Assembly: GCA_041389025.1 (NCBI GenBank)
Contig: JAWKSP010000001.1
Span: 542,663-606,662 of the forward strand
DNA length: 64,000 nt
Direction: 5' to 3'
Source of the DNA: Minisyncoccota bacterium
GTDB taxonomy: Bacteria; Patescibacteriota; Minisyncoccia; Phycocordibacterales; UBA918
The notes under the pieces were generated by a model. That model did not search any database. It had not been told where the DNA came from and worked only from the letters and a program-made list of their open reading frames with translations. Made by a program: the position numbers and the translations under genes. Below are positions 50,118 to 59,503 of the stretch, piece after piece; the first letter of the stretch is position 1; each line of letters starts with the position of its first letter.

Positions 50118-52049
50118 TTATCTAACCTCAAAACCAACCTCTTTAACCACCTTATAAATCTTGTCCATATACGGATCAATTTCAGCGTCAGTTAAAGTTT
50201 TTTCATGTGACTGAAATACCAACCTAAAAGCATATGAAGTACGTCCATCTTTGGTAAATTCGTCAAACAAAGTGATTCTCACGCATAGTTCACCAACATT
50301 TTCTCTAAGTATTTTTTCTATTTCTTCCACAGCCGTATCCTCTGGCGCCCACATCGCAATATCACGCACAATTGCCGGATAAATTGAAAATGTCTGGTAG
50401 GTTATATTTGGCAATGGGGTACTTTCTTCATATTTATCGGGAGTGGGCATATTATAGATAAGTTCTGTTAAGTTTATTTCACAAACTCCCTGTTTTGCAC
50501 TTTGTTCTATAACAAACCCAGTTTCTTTCAAAACTTTTATTGCTTCGTTTACTATCAAATCATCTTTTGGTGAATAGCCGGTTTTTTTGATCCGACCTCC
50601 GATTGTCAAAACAGTATGTTCAACGGCTCTTCCGTCATCTTTGATGAAGACAGTTCCAATCTCGAACAACTTAACTTCACGTAAACCTAATACATCAATA
50701 TTTTGAACATTAAGCGATAAAGCTTTTTCAAGCTCCGGAAGTATACTTGATCTAATATACTCTTTATCACTAGCTAAAGCGTTTTGTAAGTGTATTTGGT
50801 CTTTATCCCTAAAAGATGTAGTTATAATTTCAGAAAAACCCAAACTGACTAAGATACTTCTTATTTTATCACTGTAATAATAATTTGAATTTATTTCGGC
50901 TAATGGTAATTTTTCCGGAGCAATTGAAATGATGTTGGCAAGTCCATAAATTCGTCCTATCTCATCAATATAATTTTCTTCAATTACTAGATCAACTCTG
51001 TCTTTTGGTGCTGTTACCAACCAACCTTTTTCCTTCTTATCAATTTTTGCGCCCAACCTAACCAATACATTTTCCATAAAGGATTCCTCTAAACTCAAAC
51101 CAAGTACCTGATTTACCCGAGTTGGACGAACTAAAACCTCAGGTAAAACTTGCGGTGCTAAATATTTGTCCGCCATACCCATAAATTCACCGCCGGCAAT
51201 TTCTTTGATTAATTTTACAATCGCCCGCATAGTGTATGGAGGCAAAGTGTTCGAAACTTCGTTTTCAAACCGCTTTGAGGCATCGGTCAAAATATTTAAA
51301 TTCCTAGCAGTCCTTCTGGTTAGGGTAGAATTAAAATTAGCTGCTTCTAAAATAATATTGGTAGTACCTTTATGTAGACCGGCGTAAGTACCACCCTTGA
51401 TTCCAGCTAAGGCCACCGCTTTATTATTCTCCTTGTTCACCACCAATAATTCTGTTCCTTTCAGTTCAATCTCTCTATCCTCACCACCAGCCTTTTCTGG
51501 TAATAAAGTAATGATTTCGTTTGCCTTGGCTTTTCTTACAACAAAACTCCACTTACCGTCTTTTTTAGAAAAAATATCCGCATCATAAACATGCATTGGT
51601 TGTCCTAATCCATACATCACGTAGTTAGTAGCATCAACTATATTATTGATAGACCGCTGCCCTAAGGTTTCCAGACGTTGTTTTAACCAATCTGGAGACG
51701 GACCAACTTTCACACCCTCCATCAAACCCAACATAAACCGTGAACAATCGTCCTTGTCTTCAATTTCTATATAAAAGCCATCATAAGTGGGAAATTTGAC
51801 TTCCTCTTTCAGTGGGTCATCAAGCATTTTTTTATTTAACAAAACAGCCAACTCAAGTGCAATTCCTCGGTGTGACAGACAACTACTGGCTCTATCCGGT
51901 AAAACATTAACTTCGATCTGAGTATCGCCATCAATCTCTTCCGTACCCTCAATTTCAAAAGCATGAAAAGTCAACAACTCCACCACTTCTTCAACCGGAG
52001 GTAAACCTTCACCTAAATAATCTTTTAACCAATTATAAGATATCAACAT
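50118..52049 (-). CDS. pheT: Phenylalanine--tRNA ligase beta subunit (short, no B2 OB domain)
   Basis: MLISYNWLKDY, B3/4 SINNIVDATNYVM, B5 RVDL..DEIGRIYG, FDX-ACB YPAIVRDIA. Confidence 0.94.
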   Translation of the reverse strand: MLISYNWLKDYLGEGLPPVEEVVELLTFHAFEIEGTEEIDGDTQIEVNVLPDRASSCLSHRGIALELAVLLNKKMLDDPLKEEVKFPTYDGFYIEIEDKDDCSRFMLGLMEGVKVGPSPDWLKQRLETLGQRSINNIVDATNYVMYGLGQPMHVYDADIFSKKDGKWSFVVRKAKANEIITLLPEKAGGEDREIELKGTELLVVNKENNKAVALAGIKGGTYAGLHKGTTNIILEAANFNSTLTRRTARNLNILTDASKRFENEVSNTLPPYTMRAIVKLIKEIAGGEFMGMADKYLAPQVLPEVLVRPTRVNQVLGLSLEESFMENVLVRLGAKIDKKEKGWLVTAPKDRVDLVIEENYIDEIGRIYGLANIISIAPEKLPLAEINSNYYYSDKIRSILVSLGFSEIITTSFRDKDQIHLQNALASDKEYIRSSILPELEKALSLNVQNIDVLGLREVKLFEIGTVFIKDDGRAVEHTVLTIGGRIKKTGYSPKDDLIVNEAIKVLKETGFVIEQSAKQGVCEINLTELIYNMPTPDKYEESTPLPNITYQTFSIYPAIVRDIAMWAPEDTAVEEIEKILRENVGELCVRITLFDEFTKDGRTSYAFRLVFQSHEKTLTDAEIDPYMDKIYKVVKEVGFEVR

Positions 52050-52058
52050 ACATTAAAT

Positions 52059-52796
52059 TTAAAATTGATTAACTAAACGCAAATCACCGGTGTAAAGATT
52101 CCTGACGTCATCAATTCCGTACTTAATCATAATTAGACGGTCAATTCCGCCACCAAAAGCGTATCCGGTATACTTCTCAGTATCAATTCCAGATTCTCTA
52201 AGAACATTTGGATGCACCATACCAGCCCCAAATATCTCTACCCACTTTCCTTTAAGTTTACTTTCTCCAGACAATAGTCGCATATCAACCTCTAACCCAG
52301 GTTCTACAAACGGAAAATAGCTAGGACGAAAACGTACCTCAACTTCACCTTTCAAAAAGTTTGAAAAAAAATATTCTAACACTCCTTTTAAATGTCCAAG
52401 ATTAATATTTTCATCAACACACAAACCTTCCAACTGGTAAAATTGCGCCTCATGAGTAGCATCAGTTGCTTCATTTCGAAAAACTTTCCCTGGAACAATG
52501 ATACGTATTGGTGGCTTATGACTATCCATATAGCGAGCTTGCACTGGTGAAGTATGAGTTCTTAGTACAGTTGGTTCATTTACATACTCATCTTTTAACC
52601 AAAAAGTATCCTGCATATCGCGTGACGGATGATCTTTTGCCACATTTAAGCGGTCAAAATTATATAATTCTTTCTCCATTTCCGGACCTTCAGCTAAAGA
52701 AAAGCCAATCCGAGAAAATATATCGTTTATTTCAGCAATAGTGGCTGTTATTGGGTGTCTGTGTCCCTCCTTTTTTATCATAGATTTATTTAGCAT
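52059..52796 (-). CDS. pheS: Phenylalanine--tRNA ligase alpha subunit (no N-terminal coiled coil)
   Basis: GHRHPI, HPSRDMQDTF, LRTHTSPVQ, FRPSYFPFVEP. Confidence 0.96.
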   Translation of the reverse strand: MLNKSMIKKEGHRHPITATIAEINDIFSRIGFSLAEGPEMEKELYNFDRLNVAKDHPSRDMQDTFWLKDEYVNEPTVLRTHTSPVQARYMDSHKPPIRIIVPGKVFRNEATDATHEAQFYQLEGLCVDENINLGHLKGVLEYFFSNFLKGEVEVRFRPSYFPFVEPGLEVDMRLLSGESKLKGKWVEIFGAGMVHPNVLRESGIDTEKYTGYAFGGGIDRLIMIKYGIDDVRNLYTGDLRLVNQF

Positions 52797-52811
52797 ACTA
52801 ACACATAATAT

Positions 52812-53966
52812 CTATCCGCCAATCAGTTCAGTAAATACTTCAAAATACTGACCATTGTCATTAACAAAAATAGCTCCTCCATAAATAATCATTTCTAAAT
52901 CAGTTCCAAGATAAAGCAATTGTGAATTCTGCCAAGATCGATCGTCAATTTCTGTCACGTAAATACCATCTTCAAGTTGTAATAAAACTAAATTTGAACC
53001 GGTTGGTAAAAAATTAAAATCAATTACTCTTTTACCCATTCTGTCTATCATTATTTCATTCCGACAAGAACGTTCTTGTTCACTGTCAGATAAAATATTT
53101 GTAGCATCATAAGACTCTATTTCTTCTTGATTCTTAGAAAAACCAATGAAACTCATTCTCGATTTTGCTACATCAGATAATTTTGTCTCACAAAAATAGT
53201 AAGGTGGTCTTTTGGTTTCCGGTAGAATTGCCACAAACACATCTTCATTTTTTTTATAAAGCTGTAAATCGTCATGTTTAATCGTAGAGGTAGCAGTACT
53301 GGAACTATAATCAATAACCAGTCCGTCAGTCGCAAAATTAAATTTAGATTGATTTTTACTAGCTTCAATTTTATTTAAAAGTGCCGTAGTTGACGCCTTT
53401 TCAAAAAATAAATCTTTCAATAAAACATATTCGGGGTTGACTTCATAAGTGCTAGTGGCAGTACTGGTTGATATAATATAGGGTAAAGAACTTGAAGCTG
53501 AAGTCAATATAGCCGGCTTGTTTTTAAAATAAACAGCTTCCCCATCTGTCGTTTCAAACTCAGTTACAGGTCTCAATTGTGGTGTTAAGGGTAAGTTAAA
53601 AGCCTCAGCTTCTATAACAACTTGCGAAATAACCATTAATTCCTTTACCCAAGTGTGTAGTTCCGGTGACTGGACATGCACACGATGTAAACCAGGCTCT
53701 ATACCTTGTATGTAATAAGATTTACTAAATAATCTAGTCTTTCCTGTTACCTCAGTTTCATCTATATAGATGGCTCCATCATATTCATTAGCTAAATATA
53801 ACCCTCCTGTTGCAGTTATAATTGGCTCATCAGACACCACAGTGTATCGATAACCAATCGCATAAAAAATGAATACCGGTAAACTTAAAACAAACAAAAC
53901 CACAGCACTTATAAAAATAAAATTCCTATGAGTATATGATAAAGGTTTTATAGTTGGTTCTTCCAT
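52812..53966 (-). CDS. Membrane-anchored PEGA-like domain protein
   Basis: TM followed by YAIGYRY, TGGLYL..GAIYID..PGLHRVHV..W.KEL. Confidence 0.7.
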   Translation of the reverse strand: MEEPTIKPLSYTHRNFIFISAVVLFVLSLPVFIFYAIGYRYTVVSDEPIITATGGLYLANEYDGAIYIDETEVTGKTRLFSKSYYIQGIEPGLHRVHVQSPELHTWVKELMVISQVVIEAEAFNLPLTPQLRPVTEFETTDGEAVYFKNKPAILTSASSSLPYIISTSTATSTYEVNPEYVLLKDLFFEKASTTALLNKIEASKNQSKFNFATDGLVIDYSSSTATSTIKHDDLQLYKKNEDVFVAILPETKRPPYYFCETKLSDVAKSRMSFIGFSKNQEEIESYDATNILSDSEQERSCRNEIMIDRMGKRVIDFNFLPTGSNLVLLQLEDGIYVTEIDDRSWQNSQLLYLGTDLEMIIYGGAIFVNDNGQYFEVFTELIGG

Positions 53967-53972
53967 AGATAA

Positions 53973-55529
53973 TTAACGTGTTTTAGGTGTCACCCAAAAT
54001 CCCATATAACGACCAAACATCAGTCTGGTTTGAGCATCAAGTCCTGGTATAGCGCTAAAAATAATCATTGTGGCTGGGATCATAATCCATTGTACAGCCA
54101 TTACCACGTAATGAAAACGACTCCTATGTTCAGGTCTATCCGGTATTAGAGTAAGAGAAATCATGGATGACACCACCAAACCAAACATCGCCAAAATAAG
54201 TAACGTTTCAACTACTATTGGCAAACTAAAAGATAGAACCGATTGATGAAAATCGTGTCCACCAAGATAAATTGGTGCCCAACCCAAGATAAACAACATA
54301 ATTGGATTAGTAACTAAAGACCAATACCCTTCTGCCTGTTGAAAAGCGATGGTTAGCTTCTTTTTTAGAGATATTTTTTTATTTTGAGTAAAGTGGTACA
54401 AAATGTAACAAAGATTCTCTACCCCATAAGTCCAACGTCGGTGTTGCTTATATATCTGAACCAGTGTCCTAAAAAAAGTGGGAGCGGCGTTGGCATCCAT
54501 CGATACTGGATAAGACAACGGTATCACGTCATACTCACCATCATTAGCCATTAGAAGGTTCCAAAAGATACGTGAGTCTTCACTAACCATGTTTCTTTGC
54601 CAATAACCAACCTCATATAGAGCTTGGAAACTTACAGAATGGGAAGAAAAAGTTGCCATTCGCTCTGGTCTTTCTTGTTGTACCATTTCCCAAAAAGTAC
54701 TACTCATCGCTACTACTCGAGAAATTGCTGGCGCATCCCAAATATTATTATTAAAAATTGGAACCGGTTGAAATGAACTTTTAAGGGGTCTTTTTGCGTT
54801 TAAAAAATGCCAAATTAAACAGTTAAAATAATCTGGATATAAAACTGTATCAATATCAAATATCGACACTAACGTATCTGTATAATTTATATGATTTGGA
54901 TCAAGTACATCTTGACGTAACACTTCAATAGCATAAGCTGAGTTTGAACCTTTTCCAGCCATATCGCCCGGTAAGCCGATCGGATGAATAACTGTTTTAA
55001 AAAAACCAAACTTGCTAGCATATTTTTCTTTCATTTCTGAACAAATTCTAGCTGTTTCTTCACCACCACTTTCTTCTCCAGATAATAATACGATTATTTT
55101 TTTGTGGTCATAATTAACTTTAGTCAAAGATTCTAAACTAGCCTCAACCACCGAAGCTGGTTCCTTATAAAAAGGTAAAACAACCACATGATAAATATGA
55201 CCATATCTATACTTACCGATAAACTCTTTCCAATTTAATTTCATGTGACACTGTAGACGCTTCCAGTTATACCGTAAGTGGTAAGATAAAAAAGCAGTTT
55301 TTAAAACCCAATAAAGTGCAAATGCGATAATAAAATAAGCGGCAATAAATGGCTTGTATATGGATAAAAGAACTACTCCAATTAAAGTCAACCAAGATAC
55401 TAACCCTGGTAAAATTTCTAAAACACGATAAAAAGTCCGTCGCTTACCAGACAGATCAGTAGCTCGTCCGACATGAAAGTCATCACGTCGAGCGTAAGGT
55501 AATAAATGCTCTTGGTTGGAGCTTTTCAT
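53973..55529 (-). CDS. Integral-membrane family 2 glycosyltransferase
   Basis: LPFYKE, GKGSN, FDID (DxD), SEDS and QHRRW (QxxRW) motifs, flanking TM helices. Confidence 0.88.
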   Translation of the reverse strand: MKSSNQEHLLPYARRDDFHVGRATDLSGKRRTFYRVLEILPGLVSWLTLIGVVLLSIYKPFIAAYFIIAFALYWVLKTAFLSYHLRYNWKRLQCHMKLNWKEFIGKYRYGHIYHVVVLPFYKEPASVVEASLESLTKVNYDHKKIIVLLSGEESGGEETARICSEMKEKYASKFGFFKTVIHPIGLPGDMAGKGSNSAYAIEVLRQDVLDPNHINYTDTLVSIFDIDTVLYPDYFNCLIWHFLNAKRPLKSSFQPVPIFNNNIWDAPAISRVVAMSSTFWEMVQQERPERMATFSSHSVSFQALYEVGYWQRNMVSEDSRIFWNLLMANDGEYDVIPLSYPVSMDANAAPTFFRTLVQIYKQHRRWTYGVENLCYILYHFTQNKKISLKKKLTIAFQQAEGYWSLVTNPIMLFILGWAPIYLGGHDFHQSVLSFSLPIVVETLLILAMFGLVVSSMISLTLIPDRPEHRSRFHYVVMAVQWIMIPATMIIFSAIPGLDAQTRLMFGRYMGFWVTPKTR

Positions 55530-55605
55530 AAAATAGAATAAAAGCAAATATACAGCAAACCAATCTAAAAATAAAGGCTTAATATACCTATATTTGAATT
55601 TATCG

Positions 55606-55667
55606 TTATAAAACAGGTGTAATAAAATAAGTTCTTAAGAACTTATTTTATTACACCTGTTTTATAA
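55606..55667. repeat. 62-bp perfect palindrome with no spacer, downstream of the tRNA locus
   Basis: TTATAAAACAGGTGTAATAAAATAAGTTCTT|AAGAACTTATTTTATTACACCTGTTTTATAA. Confidence 0.9.
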
Positions 55668-55684
55668 TCTATCAGAAATTATTC

Positions 55685-55840
55685 TGAGCCACCTCTCGGA
55701 TTAGTACCACAAGAGCATTTCCGAAATTATAGTCGAGTGGAACTCTCCTTAATTTCTAGGTCAACCGAGGACTATTCGGTTTACAAAACTTTAAAACAGT
55801 CTCCCAGACTGTTTTAACTCTAACCAGCTGAGCTAAGGTG
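55685..55840 (-). pseudogene. Degenerate tRNA-Thr(UGU) copy with two insertions
   Basis: Blocks matching the intact tRNA at 55685-55702, 55763-55789 and 55818-55840, separated by a ~60-nt and a 27-nt insert. Confidence 0.75.
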
Positions 55841-55870
55841 TTCTTCAAAATAGATTTAGAAATGTATCTG

Positions 55871-55944
55871 AGCCACCTCTCGGATTCGAACCGAGGACCT
55901 ACGGTTTACAAAACCGTTGCTCTAACCAACTGAGCTAAGGTGGC
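55871..55944 (-). tRNA. tRNA-Thr(UGU)
   Basis: GCCACCT acceptor stem, D-arm AGCTCAGTTGGTTAGAGC, ACGGT-TTTGTAA-ACCGT anticodon arm, GGTTCGAATCC T-arm; CCA not encoded. Confidence 0.97.
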
Positions 55945-55997
55945 GATTTTACTCTCAATTATTGCACATCTTACTTTTACTAAGCGGTTTTGTAAAT

Positions 55998-56136
55998 GTT
56001 TACAAAACCTCAGCGGACCGCATATTCATTTTCTACTTTGGAGGTAGAAAATTTCATTGCGTCTGCTTAAGAAAAATATAGTCCTAGCAAGCTACTCTTT
56101 ATTTTTCTTATCTAACCAACTGAGCTAAGTGGCGAT
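55998..56136 (-). pseudogene. Partial 5' tRNA-Thr copy interrupted by hairpins
   Basis: 56111-56136 matches 55921-55947 with a 1-nt deletion; anticodon-loop block TTTACAAAACC at ~55999-56009. Confidence 0.65.
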
Positions 56137-56205
56137 GTGGGCTATATCTTAAGCTGATTTGCAAAAAAGTGCAATAGTTAACTACTCTGTTTTATTATCC
56201 GGTTA

Positions 56206-56643
56206 TTAACCTCTTTCCAACTTTTTTGCTAGCAACTTCTTCTTCTGTGCTTCAGTTAAAGCTACTGAGGCTTTATGATCAGCCATCATGTGTAAATGTC
56301 CTTCTTTTTTTATTTTTTTCTTTTCAGTTTTTATAACTTTAGCTCGGTCACGATTCCTTAAAAATAACCTTTCCAATTTATCATAAACTTTTATAAGTGT
56401 AGTCAATATTACACGCAAAAACTTATGAACACTATAATACCAAGATAATTTTACAATATGTCGACTAAAGTAGTTAAACCAATGTAAAAAAAAGTTGGTA
56501 ACAGCAACTACCACCGAGTCAAATACACCCCGTAATTTAGAAAAAAGAACCCGCTTACCTAAATTATTTTCAATTGTCAGCAATATACTTAGAGTAATAA
56601 ACAAGAAAACGGATAGGAAAAATATATGTCCTATACCAAACAT
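56206..56643 (-). CDS. Hypothetical membrane protein, basic C-terminus
   Basis: 145-aa ORF directly following tsf. Confidence 0.7.
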   Translation of the reverse strand: MFGIGHIFFLSVFLFITLSILLTIENNLGKRVLFSKLRGVFDSVVVAVTNFFLHWFNYFSRHIVKLSWYYSVHKFLRVILTTLIKVYDKLERLFLRNRDRAKVIKTEKKKIKKEGHLHMMADHKASVALTEAQKKKLLAKKLERG

Positions 56644-56645
56644 GT

Positions 56646-57230
56646 TTATTTGACTGACAGACGTGATATTTTAACTACCGAAACGTTTTCACCAAATTTC
56701 TGTACTGCTCCTTTAACCATGTCACCAATAGTTACCTCAGGGTTTTTTATAAATGGTTGCTCAAGTAATATCTGATCCTTAAAGTATGAAGCCAGCTTTC
56801 CTTCCATTATCTTTTCTTGCATTTCCTTCGGTTTTCCTTCCACCTCAGGCTTAAACACCTCTTTAGCCTTTTCAATTACTTCCGCTGGTAATTCATCTTT
56901 AGATATATAAGTTGGACTAGTAGCCGCCACTTGCATAGCAATCTCTCGAGCCATTGCTATAAACTCTTCATTCTTTGAAACAAAGTCCGTCTCACAAGCT
57001 AATAAAACCATCGCTGCCACTTCATTGGTATTGTGTACATAAGAACCAACAGCCCCTGCACCTAATTCACGATCTGATTTTTTATCGGCAGCTTCACTTC
57101 TCCTTTTCTTTAGAATGATAACAGCCTTCTCCATATCACCATCGGCTTCTTCCAAAGCTTTTTTACACTGCATGACTGAAATACCAGTCTTATCTCTTAA
57201 TTCTTTTAATTGAGCTGATGTTATTTCCAT
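56646..57230 (-). CDS. tsf: Elongation factor Ts (short form)
   Basis: LKELRDKTGISVMQCKKAL, CETDFVS. Confidence 0.96.
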   Translation of the reverse strand: MEITSAQLKELRDKTGISVMQCKKALEEADGDMEKAVIILKKRRSEAADKKSDRELGAGAVGSYVHNTNEVAAMVLLACETDFVSKNEEFIAMAREIAMQVAATSPTYISKDELPAEVIEKAKEVFKPEVEGKPKEMQEKIMEGKLASYFKDQILLEQPFIKNPEVTIGDMVKGAVQKFGENVSVVKISRLSVK

Positions 57231-57293
57231 ACAAAGATCAAGTTAAATTTAAAAACTATAATAAAAACTATATATACCTAGATGCGCCAGTAA

Positions 57294-58040
57294 TTATGAT
57301 CGTCTAGTTTCAGTTCTGGTAGATTGTTTTGGTACATAAGCTTCTTTTCCTTCAGTAAAAGACTTAACCAGTTCATCTACAACTAAGCTTATACTATCTT
57401 GCAGTGAGTCATTTACCAAGACTGGGTAGTTGACTTCTTTAATATTACAATCAGAACTCATAATACCGATAATTGGAATTTTCATGTCGTTAGCCTCCTT
57501 AACAGCTATGTGGTCATACCTCGGATCAACCACAATCATCAAGTCCGGTAATTTAACCAAGTTACTGATACCTTTAAAATTAAAATTCAAGTTATCGATT
57601 TCTCTAGAAATCATTAATCTCTCTTTTTTAGTGTATTTTCTTTCAGCTTCTCCAGACTCTCGTTCTTTTGTCAACATATCCAAACGAGCAATTCTTTTCT
57701 TTATCTCAGAAAAATTAGTTAAAACACCACCAATCCAACGATTAGAAACGTAGGGCATTTCTACTTTTTCACCAGCGTTTTTTACTACTTTTACTACCTC
57801 ATCTTTAGTACCGACAAACATTATAGTTTTTCCGGTAAGACCAGCCTGCTTAACAGCTTCTTTGGCTTTTTCAAGCAGGTCAGCGGTTTGTTCTAGGTTA
57901 AAAATATCATTACCTTCTTTAGTGCCAAATAAAAATGGCGCCACAGTTGGATGACGACGACTTTTCTTGAAGCCAAAATGAGCACCTGCTTTAAACAGAC
58001 GTTCAATTAATGTTGAATTATTATTAGTTTGTGTTGACAT
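57294..58040 (-). CDS. rpsB: 30S ribosomal protein S2
   Basis: AGAHFG, FVGTK, RWIGGVLTNF. Confidence 0.96.
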   Translation of the reverse strand: MSTQTNNNSTLIERLFKAGAHFGFKKSRRHPTVAPFLFGTKEGNDIFNLEQTADLLEKAKEAVKQAGLTGKTIMFVGTKDEVVKVVKNAGEKVEMPYVSNRWIGGVLTNFSEIKKRIARLDMLTKERESGEAERKYTKKERLMISREIDNLNFNFKGISNLVKLPDLMIVVDPRYDHIAVKEANDMKIPIIGIMSSDCNIKEVNYPVLVNDSLQDSISLVVDELVKSFTEGKEAYVPKQSTRTETRRS

Positions 58041-58105
58041 AAATAAATACTAAGCAAAAAAGCGCGAGGCGCTTAAGCAGGGTGATGTTAGCATATCCAT
58101 CACCG

Positions 58106-59089
58106 CTATGCAACCGCCTGGCTATCATCATTGGCTACTTTAGTTAAAGAATCGAACATATCATCCAATTCACCCTTCATTACTCCTTCAATATTATGCC
58201 AAGATTCTTTGATTCTATGGTCAGTAATGCGGTTTTGTGGAAAATTATAAGTCCTAATCTTCTCCGAACGATCACCGGTACCAATCTGATTTTTTCTTTC
58301 TGAAGCATGATTTTTTGCTTGCTCCTCTTCGTGCATAGCTTCCAATTTTGCAACCAAAATACTCATAGCTTTTTCACGATTTTTTAATTGCGATCGCTCA
58401 CTTTGACTTCTAACCTCTACCCCAGTTGGTATATGCACTAAGCGTACTGCCGTTTCAACTTTGTTTACATTTTGTCCACCAGCACCACCAGACCTTGAAA
58501 AATCCATTGCTATATCACTCGGGTTTATTTCAATCGTTGGTTTTTTACGTAAAGGCAGAATAGCCACAGAAGCAGTAGAAGTATGGATACGACCAGATTT
58601 TTCTGTTACCGGTATACGTTGCACTCTGTGTACTCCAGTTTCGTAGCGAAACTTATCATACGCCTTAGGATTTAGTATTTCAAAAGCCGCTTCTTTATAG
58701 CCACCAGAAGTTGACCTAGATTCATGTTCAACTGAAGTAAACCATCCATTTATGGTTGCGTATTGCAAATACATTTGTGCCAACTCTTCAGCAAATAAAG
58801 CCGCTTCATCACCACCAGCTCCAGCTCTTACTTCAAGCACCACACCGTAAGGTCTTTCTTCCTCTTCTCTTGAAGATTCAATTATACGCTTCATTTCTTC
58901 GTATAAAGTTTTTCTCTGTTCTTCCAAAGACTCAATTTCTTCTACTGCCAACTCAGACATTTCCGGTTCATCAACAGCTAGCTTTTTAGCTGACTCCTGT
59001 TTTTTTGTAAGTTCGTCAAATTGCCCAGCCAAAAATTGGGTTTTTTGATTATCTCTGAATAATTGAATTTCTTCTTCGTTATATTCCAT
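58106..59089 (-). CDS. prfA: Peptide chain release factor 1
   Basis: PVT specificity motif (QRIPVTE), GAGGQNVNK. Confidence 0.94.
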   Translation of the reverse strand: MEYNEEEIQLFRDNQKTQFLAGQFDELTKKQESAKKLAVDEPEMSELAVEEIESLEEQRKTLYEEMKRIIESSREEEERPYGVVLEVRAGAGGDEAALFAEELAQMYLQYATINGWFTSVEHESRSTSGGYKEAAFEILNPKAYDKFRYETGVHRVQRIPVTEKSGRIHTSTASVAILPLRKKPTIEINPSDIAMDFSRSGGAGGQNVNKVETAVRLVHIPTGVEVRSQSERSQLKNREKAMSILVAKLEAMHEEEQAKNHASERKNQIGTGDRSEKIRTYNFPQNRITDHRIKESWHNIEGVMKGELDDMFDSLTKVANDDSQAVA

Positions 59090-59157
59090 ATTTTAAAGTT
59101 TACCGTAAATACAAAAAGACCACCACTTGGATAATTATCAGTTGGTGGTCAGTCTGG

Positions 59158-59427
59158 TTATTTTTTCTTTCGACTATTACCGGCTTGTGATGCTCTAGCT
59201 TTAAATCTTTCCACTCGGCCGGCAGTATCCATCACTTTCTCTTGTCCGGTATAAAATGGATGAGAAGCACTGGAAACATCAACGTAAGCGATTGGATACT
59301 CCACGCCATCAGTCCACTTTTCAGTAGCGGCGGCTTTAATAGTTGACCCAACTAAAAAACGTTCACCACTAGAGTTATCATGGAAAATAACGAGTCGGTA
59401 ATTATCTGGATGAATTTCGGCTTTCAT
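59158..59427 (-). CDS. rpmE: 50S ribosomal protein L31 (type B, Cys-free)
   Basis: MKAEIHPDNY, DVSSASHPFYTG, GRVERF. Confidence 0.94.
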   Translation of the reverse strand: MKAEIHPDNYRLVIFHDNSSGERFLVGSTIKAAATEKWTDGVEYPIAYVDVSSASHPFYTGQEKVMDTAGRVERFKARASQAGNSRKKK

Positions 59428-59503
59428 ATGTGCGACACACTATAGCAAATATTTATATTTTAGCAACCATATTCTCAGTAATACTTTCTATTTTTAATTT
59501 AAA

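Noticed and set aside
55606-56136. Possible CRISPR array or prophage att site
   Set aside because: The repeats are tRNA fragments with irregular spacing, and no cas, integrase or phage genes are present.
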